Assembly: GCF_963921235.1 (NCBI RefSeq)
Contig: NC_086108.1
Location: 69,566,001-69,630,000 of the forward strand
Direction of reading: 5' to 3'
DNA: 64,000 nt
Source of the DNA: Mobula hypostoma
Taxonomy: Eukaryota
Shown here: positions 28,301-37,300 of the stretch, in pieces
Numbering within the stretch: position 1 is the stretch's first letter
Layout of the letters: each line of letters begins with the position of its first letter
Notes under the pieces: model-generated
What the model saw: the letters and a program-made list of their open reading frames with translations, nothing else
Told to the model about the DNA's origin: nothing
The model's database searches: none
Translations under genes and position numbers: made by a program

Positions 28301-31300
28301 TTGGAATCAAAGTTGGCGGTGAAAACAGCAATAATTTCAGATATGCAGATGACACTGTGTTAATTGCAAATACGGAGGAAGAACTACAAAACTTAATTGA
28401 TAAAATTGTTGAAGAAAGTGCAAAAATGGGTCTATCAATTGCAAAAAGACAGAATGTATGGTGATATCCAAAAAGAAGGAGAATCCTATCTGCAGGCTGA
28501 GAATAAACGGGGAAGACATAAAACAAGTACAGAACTTTTGCTACTTAGGAAGCTGGGTGACATCAGATGGCAGGTGCAACACGGATATCAAAAGAAGAAT
28601 AGGGATGGCAAAAGACACCTTTTACGAGAATGAAGAGTATACTGACCAATACTAAACTAGGCATGACAACCCACCTCAGAGTACTGAAATGTTACGTTTA
28701 TCCAGTTATGTTATATGGCTCAGAATGTTGGACAATATCTAGTAACATGAGGAAACCAATTGAAGCAGCAGAGATGTGGTTTTTGAGGAGGATGCAAAGA
28801 ATATCATGGACGAAACGAATATCTAACGAGGATGTCATGAACAAAGCAAACACAAAAACAGAAATAATGTATGAGATCATGAAAAGGCAACATAACTTCA
28901 TTGGACATGTGATTAGGAAAGAGGGGTTAGAATGCATGGTAATTATGGGAAAGACTGAAGGGAAGAAAGCAAGAGGAAGACAAAGACAAATGATGATGGA
29001 GACAGCAGCCAGAGAACTGGAAATGAATACCAATAAATTGATCCACTTGACCCGAAACAGGAGTGTGTGGGCCATGGCAGTCAAAACTCAAACTGGGGCA
29101 TGGCACCTGATGATGATGATCTATAGCTGTAAGACTCAGATCACTTTAAACAATCACTGCGTACCATACATAAAAACCTCAAACACGAAATGTTAAGCAT
29201 AAAGATTGTTGGAATAAACTTTCATCTTGGACAAGAAATCCATTTAGATGGGAAAAATCACAAAAATATATTCTTTTGTAACAGTCAGAGTTGGACAGCA
29301 TGTTAACAGGCCTTCAGACTAACTCATCCATGCAACTAGAGTGCCTATCTGCACTAGAAGATATTCTACACGCAAAGCATTAAAATCTTGCAAGTGGAAT
29401 CAGGCTTTACAGTCTGTTGATGTTCAATTGTACCTTGTATATATTAAACTAGTATAAAATGTAGCCGCAAAGGAAACTAGTTAAAATTTGATATCCAATC
29501 TACATGATCACTATTATATACCCAAACTGTTCTTACCTTGAAGATGCAATGTAACTGTCACCAAAATTTGTTCCTTTATTCTGTAGTTTCCTTTTAGCAC
29601 ACACAACATGTTAAAAGGTGGAAAGAGACTAAGAGAAAAAAGTATTGAAGCCAATGTAGATAGATTGGAATATACCACAATGGAACATATAGAAAGCATG
29701 TGGAAAAACTTTCTAAATGAAGATCATCTTCCAGTGCACTGTACCGTAACAAGGGCATTGTTTTGTCTTTTCAATATCACAGAGCATTCATTTTTAAGTT
29801 TAAGATTTTACTTACCCTTCCCAGGACGTCCACAGGTAGTTTAGAGTTGAGGAGCACGGGTTTTACTTTATCACCAGACAGGAAACCATTCACAGGATTA
29901 AGGCTGTCAAAAATTATATCATACTTCGACTTTTCCTCAAGCTGCAATTTATATCAATAAAGATATAATCAAATAATCTTCTAAATTCCCTTAAAATGTT
30001 AACTTGTACTTTTGTTATTACTAAATTGTTTGGTTGTACCTGAAGGCTATTAAATGAAAATAATCAATTCATAAGCTTGAAAATTTCATGAATTGCTCAC
30101 ACAAATTGTATTAAATTTTATATACATAAAACCCTCAGGGTTGGAGAACAATCAAAAGTTATCTTGCAAGTTTCTAGACATGGAAGAACAAACATTGCTG
30201 GACTACCTGGGCAATATAATTATCATATTTAATCAATACTTATCTATAAACTTTAGTTTTCCATTGATACTAAGCTCTTTACTTAAAACTTTGAACTAGT
30301 TGGGAGCACAAAGAACCAGATTTGATGCACATCCACATCTCTGGTGAGCAGTGGGGAGCAGGTTCTACCATAATATACTATATGTATCCAACACATTTCA
30401 TAAATTACAGGAGACGCCTGGTAAAATCCACAAGTTCCCAGGTACAAACTCATATCCCTAACTTCTGGCAATTTCTCCCCCTCCCTTTTCTCTCTTTTTC
30501 CATCCCTCATTCTGGATACACTCTTGCCCCTTCTCTTCTCCTCACCTCCCACCACCTCCTTCTGGTGCCCCTCCTCCTTCCCTTTCCTCTCTTCTGCTAT
30601 CAGATTTTCTTCTTTAGCCCTTCACCTTTTCCACCTATCACCTCCTAGTTTTTCACCTCATTCCCCTTCCCAACACCTTCCTTCACATTCACCCGGCTTC
30701 ACCTACTACCTGCCAGTTTGTACTACTTCCCCTCCCTCACATTCTGGCTTCTTCCCCGCTCCCAACTTCCCTTCCGGTCCTGATGAAAGGTCTCCGCCCA
30801 AAGCATCAACTCTTTATTCCTCTTCATAGATGCTTCCTGACCTGCTGAGTTCCTTCAGCCTTTTGTGTCTTACTCTGGATTTCCTTCATCTGCAGAATCT
30901 CATGTGTTTCTCATTTAAGACCATAAAGAATAGCAGCAGCAGTAGGCCGTCCGGCCCATCGAGCCTGCTCTGCCATTCAGTAAGATCATGGCTGATCTGA
31001 CCATGGGCTCATCTCCACTTCCCTGCCTATTCCCCATAACCCTTAAATCCCCTACAATGCAAATCTATCCAACATTGTCTTAAATATATTTACTGAGGTA
31101 GCCTCCACTGCTTCATTGGGTAGAGAATTCCACAGACTCACCACTCTCTGGGAAAAGTAGCTCCTCCTCATCTCTGTTCTAAATCTACTCTCCCGAACCT
31201 TGAAGATATGTCCCTTAGTTCTAGTCTCACCTACCAGTGGAAATAGCTTTCCTGCCTCTACCTTATCAATCACTTTCATAATTTTATATGTTTCCATAAG

Positions 31301-34300
31301 ATCTCCTCTCTTTCTTCAGAATTCCAACGAGTACAGTCCCAGCCGATGCAAACTCTCCACTTAGTCTAACCCCCTCATCTCTGGAATCAACCTGGTAAAC
31401 CTCTTCTGCACTGCCTCCAAAGGCCCCAAGTAAGGAGACCAGAACTGTATGCAGTACTCCAGGAGCAGCCTCACCAGTACCCTGTACAATTGCAGCATAC
31501 CCTCCCTGCTCTTAAATTCAATCCCTCCAGCAATGAAAGCCAACATTCCATTTGCCTTCTTGATAGGCTGCTGCACCTGCAAAACAAACTTTTGCGATCC
31601 ATGCACAAGCACTCTGAAGTCCCTCTGCACAGCAGCATGCTGCAATTTTTTACTATTTAAATAATAACGTGCTCTTTCATTTTTCCTTCCAGAGTGGATG
31701 ACCTCGCATTTACCAGCATTGTACTCCAGACCCTCGACCACTCACTTAACCTATCTATGTCTCTCTCCAGACTCTTCATATCTTCTGCACAATTTGCCTT
31801 TCCACTCAATTTAGTATCATCAGCAAACTTACAAACGTTTGTAGATACACTACACTCGATCTCCTCTTCCAGATCGTTAATGTATATCGTGAACGGTTGT
31901 GGGCCCAGCACCGACCCCTGCGGCACATCGCTCACCACTGACTGCCAACCAGAGTAACACCCATGTATCCCATCTCTCTACTTTCTATTGGGTTAACCAA
32001 TCCACTATCCATGCTAATACATCACCACAACTCTATGCACCGTTGTCTTATAGATAAGTCTTTTATGCGGCACCTTATCAACGCCTTCTGGAAATCCAAG
32101 TAAATAATGTCCATCTGTTCCCCTCTATCCACTGCGCTCATTATATCCTAAAAAAAACTCCAGTGTCTGTCAAACAGGACCTGCCTTTGCTGAATCCATG
32201 CTGTGTCTGCCTGATGAATCCATTTCTTTCCAAATGCCTTGTTATTTCTTCTATAATGATAGCTTCAAGTATTTTCCCAACTACAGATATTAAACTAACT
32301 GGCCTATAGTTGCCTGCCTTTTGCCTATATCCTTTTTTGAACAGTGGCGTAACATTCGCCATCTTCCAGTCTGCCGGAACCTGTCCAGAGTCCAGAGAAT
32401 TTTGCCAAAGCCTCTACTATAACTTCTGCCATTTCTTTCAGTACCCTGGAATGCGTTTCATCAGGACCAGGGGACTTATCTATCTTCAGGCCCATAAGTT
32501 TGCTCAGCACTACTTCTTTAGTAATAGCTATTGTATCGAGGTCCTCACCTCCCATCGCATCCATAACATCTCTCTTTGGCAGGTTAGACGTGTCCTCCAC
32601 CATGAAGACTTACACAAAATCATTCAAAGCCTCTGCCATTTCCTCATTACCCAATATCAATACCCCCTTCTCGTCCTCCAAGGAACCTAAATTCACTTTA
32701 GCCAGCCTTTTCTGCTTTACAACTACAAAAACTTTTAATATCCATTTTTATATTTTGTGCTAGTTTATTTTCATAATTTAGCTTCCCTTTCATTATTCCT
32801 AGTTTAGTGGCTCTTTTTTGCTTTTTAAAGTTTCCCCAAACTTCCAGTTTCCCACTATTCTTGGTGACTTTGTATGCATGAGCTTTTAGTTTGATGCCTT
32901 CCTTTATTTCATTAGTTGCTGGCTCCCCCCACCCTTACTGTCCTTGCTTTTAACTGGAATATACATTTGTTGAGTACCATAAAAAAATCTTTGAAAATTT
33001 TCCACTGTTCCTCAACTGTCCCACCAGTGGCATATTTAAGTAGTATTTGTTACAATATGCAACTTCTTAAAAATTATATTTTCTGTAAATTCCCTCTTTC
33101 AGTCTTTTATTGAATAGTTTAAAAAATACTCTCAAGAAATCACAGTTAAATGCTGTACCTTCACAGCCCAAGGAACATCAACAGGTGCTGATCCACTATT
33201 GGGTAATGGACTACTTCTATCATTCTAAAAGGAAGAGGAAACATAGGATGACAGAAGTATATATACACCAAATACAGCACTCAAAGTATTATATCTCACT
33301 GCACAGAATATAAGAAATAAGGTGGATGATCTTGTTGCACTTTTACAGATTGTCAGGTATGGTATTGTGGCCATCACTGAATCATGGCTATAGAATGGTT
33401 GTCATTAGGAGCTGAATGTCCAAGGTTACATGTTGTATTGGAGGGATAGGATGGTAGGAAGAAGGGGTGGCTTGGCTCTGTTGGTAAAGAATGGCATCAA
33501 ATCAGTAGAAAGATGTGATATAGGATCAGAAGATGTTGAATTAAGAAACTGCAATGGTAAAAGGACTCTGTTGGCAATTATATACAGGCCTCCCTACAGT
33601 AGCTGGGATTTGTAATCTGTGATTGTAATTTGCCATCTGTAGAAAAGGTATGTCAAAAGCATAGCGTTATGATAGTCATGGGAGATTTTAACATGCAGGT
33701 CGATTGAGAAAATCAGATTGGTAATGGATCCCAAGAGGAGTGTTTGTTGAATGCCTACAAGATGGCTTTTCAGAGCAGTTTGTCATTGAGCCTACTAGGC
33801 GATCAGCTGTTCTGGATTGGGTGTAACGTAAGGTACTGGAGGCAATAAAGAAGCTTACGGTAAAACAGCCATTAGGAGCCAGTGATCACAATATGATTTG
33901 AGTTCAACAAGTAAAGTCTGACATAGCAGTATTTCAGTGGAATAAAGGAAGTTACAGTGGCATGAGAAAGGAGTTGGCACTGTACATATCAACATCGCTA
34001 GAATAAAATTACCTCTGGTCAACAAGCACAGAAAAATGATAGATTAAATACAACATTGTGTTGGTTGAAGTGCCTGTACTTGCATACTAGTATAATATAC
34101 ATTATTGAGATACCCTAGACATCCATAAAGAGCTCTGAGGATTCTGAAACATTTTGTGATATAAAACAGCCATATAATTAATTGTTTGAAATCACTCTTA
34201 TAGTTTTAGGATTTATAATACCAAGCATATTTAAGAGAGGAAAAGGGAAGAAATTAGACAGAAAGTAGAACAAAAGCATAAAATGGGAGGAAACTGGGAG

Positions 34301-37300
34301 AAGGGGGTGCTGAAGAATAAAATATATAGGTAACATGGCATGTGAATGGAAGGTTAGAGAGATATCACAGGGAACAAATAAGTTCACTAGAATGCACTGA
34401 GATGACTGGGAAGGAGCAAATAAAGGGGAAAAAAAAGAAGCAAAGAAAATGAAAGATAATACAATGTTGTTTACTCTGTTTACATACAGAACTAAGATTT
34501 AAAAAGGTATCAACTGAGAAATTGGTTAATCGCATTGACTGAAAAAAATGTAAACATCAGACCCAATTCCTCAACAGGAATTACAAAATAAAATTATACT
34601 GCTATTTCAAATGATTAAAGATAAGAAATTAATTTACTTACAATTTTTGGTGCTGGGGCAGGAAGGTTTAAACTATTCAAAGATACCTCAAGTCCATTTT
34701 GTGCACATCCTACAAGTTTTAAGGCAACAAAAAATTCCTAAAGGAAAAAAAATGAACAGTAAAATAAATTTAACAAATAAGCACAACTGTTAGCAACTTC
34801 AAAACCCCCTCACAGGAGAAAATTTTTCCCAGTCCTGCGAAAAGGTCTCGGCCCGAAATATTGATGGTACTCTTTTCCATAGATGCTACCTAGTCTGCTG
34901 AGTTCCTCCAGCACTTTGTGTCTGTGTTGCCCATGTTTTTTTAACTGCCTCAATTGACTATTTCAACACATTCCTGACTAGCCATCCTAATTACATTCTC
35001 TTGAGAACTCTTAAAACTCCACTACCTTACCTTGAATTGGCATCTAGTTCGTACATTATATGCATTCCTGTTGTCCTACACAGGCTTCCTTGGCGTTCAA
35101 ATTCTCCTGATTTTCAAGTCCACCCTGGCTCTTGCCCTCCTAATTTCTGTCATATCTTTTCCTGCTCTACAATCTCAAAATCTACATATGCTTCTCTAAT
35201 TCTGCCTCTTGTGCATGCCTGGTTTAATAGCACCACATCTTCAACTGGCATGTCACAGGTTCTAACTTTCTCTCAAAATCTTCTCCATTTAAGAAAATCT
35301 TTAGAAGCCAGTTCTTTGATTAAGATTTTGACCAGCTACCCCCAAAATCTCATGTGGCTCACTATCATTCTTTTCCATGTGATTCTTTAGCTCCGTTAAA
35401 GGCACTACATGAAAGTTAGAATTAAAGCTGTCAAAATACAAATTTTAAAAATACATGAATCTAGGTTTTTGCAATTTATTCCAAATTTAATGTTTAAATA
35501 CCTGTTTATTTAAAAAGCCCTTAGCATCAGCATCAGCTAAATCCCATATCTGAAAAACAAACACATTTGATAGATTTAAATAGTTGTGCAGCACACCTTT
35601 AAATATTATTGCAATTTGACTTGTATTCACGTGCACTTTAGCAGCATTCCACAGTCCTTGAAAAACAATGGTCAGAAAAATAAGGCTAAATCCAGTACCT
35701 GAAGAATATTAGCACAGGCATCTGAAATCCAGATAGATGACCAGCCCTATCATTATTTTTCATTTATTTTATTTAGAGATACAATAGAACAGACCCTTCC
35801 AGCCCAAAAAGACACACCGCCCAGCAACCTACCTATTTAACTCTAGCCTAAGCACAGGATAATGGGCTGAATGAACTTTATCTCTGCTGCACAATCTATA
35901 TTTATTGAGTGCAAGTGGGTAGATAATATACTGCAGAATCCAGAAATGATTAACATTTATGAAGATGCTTTCAGGACTTGAGGGACTAAGTCATAGGGAG
36001 AGGTTTAGGCAGGCTTGGACTTTATTCCTTGGAACACAGAAAATATTGAGATGTACAGATAAGGTGAACTAAGATAAGTCTTTTTGTTAGAGAGAGGACC
36101 CAAAAAACTAGAAGGCACAGGCTTAAGACAACAGATAAATGATTTAAAATGGAACTGAGGAACAACTTCTTCTGGAAGCTGGTGCATATTTAGAAGGAGC
36201 TGCAAAAGAAAGTAGTTAAGGCAACTAACACGATGAGCACTTGAGCCAAACTAAGGAATAAACATACTTTGAAAGTAAATAGAATTAAGTAAAAATGTTA
36301 GAGCAGTATTGTAAACACAAAATACTCTGCAGGTGCTGGGGTCAAAGCAACACTTACAACACGCTGGAGGAACTCAGCAGGTCGGGCAGCATCCGTGGAA
36401 ATGATCAGTCAACATTTCGGACTGGAACCCTTTGGTTCCTACCAACCTTCCCCTTCCCACCCTCCCCCCACCTTCTTTATAGGGCCTCTGCTCCTTCCCT
36501 CTTCAGCCCTGATGAAGGGTTCCGGCCTGAAACGTTGACTGATCGTTTCCACGGATGCTGCCCAACCTGCTGAGTTCCTCCAGCGTATTGTGAGTGATTA
36601 GAGCAGTATGGTTTTCGTATTAAGGTTTACAGCACACAAAAAGTAAAAAAAAACTATTTCAACTGAAGATTACTCAAAAAATTATAAAATGACATGAGAA
36701 TGAATAGATAGAAGGGAACAAAATCAAGATATTAAAAAAAAGTTGACAAGATTAGAACGAGAACTGGATAAGATGTATTTTTAAAAAGAGGATTATTGTT
36801 AATTATCAATTTACCAAAAGGAATAATTTACTTGCCATATTATTTTAGAAAATACAATGAGACTAAGGCATTTGAGTTCCCCACAAGATACAGAAAGTAC
36901 ACACACAACTTGAGAAAGCAGTACCTTTCCAAGTACTAGATCAGACAGGCCAGACTTTTTCAGAAACGAGGCAGCTTCTGCCGCTCCAACTCTGCCACTA
37001 TTTGTTGGATCAATCTGTGGAAGAACAAGATAAGCCCAAAAAATATTAAAACTGAAAGTCTTAGGCATGCAACTGCTCTGATCTATAGCACATGAATATT
37101 TATAACTGCATAGCCCATGTTGGCTATCTAATCAATCATTTCATCCTCCTTTGTACTGACGAATCACAAGAAACAATCCTGAATCCTGAAAGATGTAATG
37201 GTATGATATTGTTGTACTAATCAGATTGTGATTCATTTATTTTAACGTTTCTTAAACTTTGGGCTGGGATTCGTGCAAAGGATCAAAATGAAACGATATA

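Noticed and set aside
28630..29196. 188-aa ORF as a host gene
   Set aside because: It is the C-terminal piece of the frameshifted RTE LINE.
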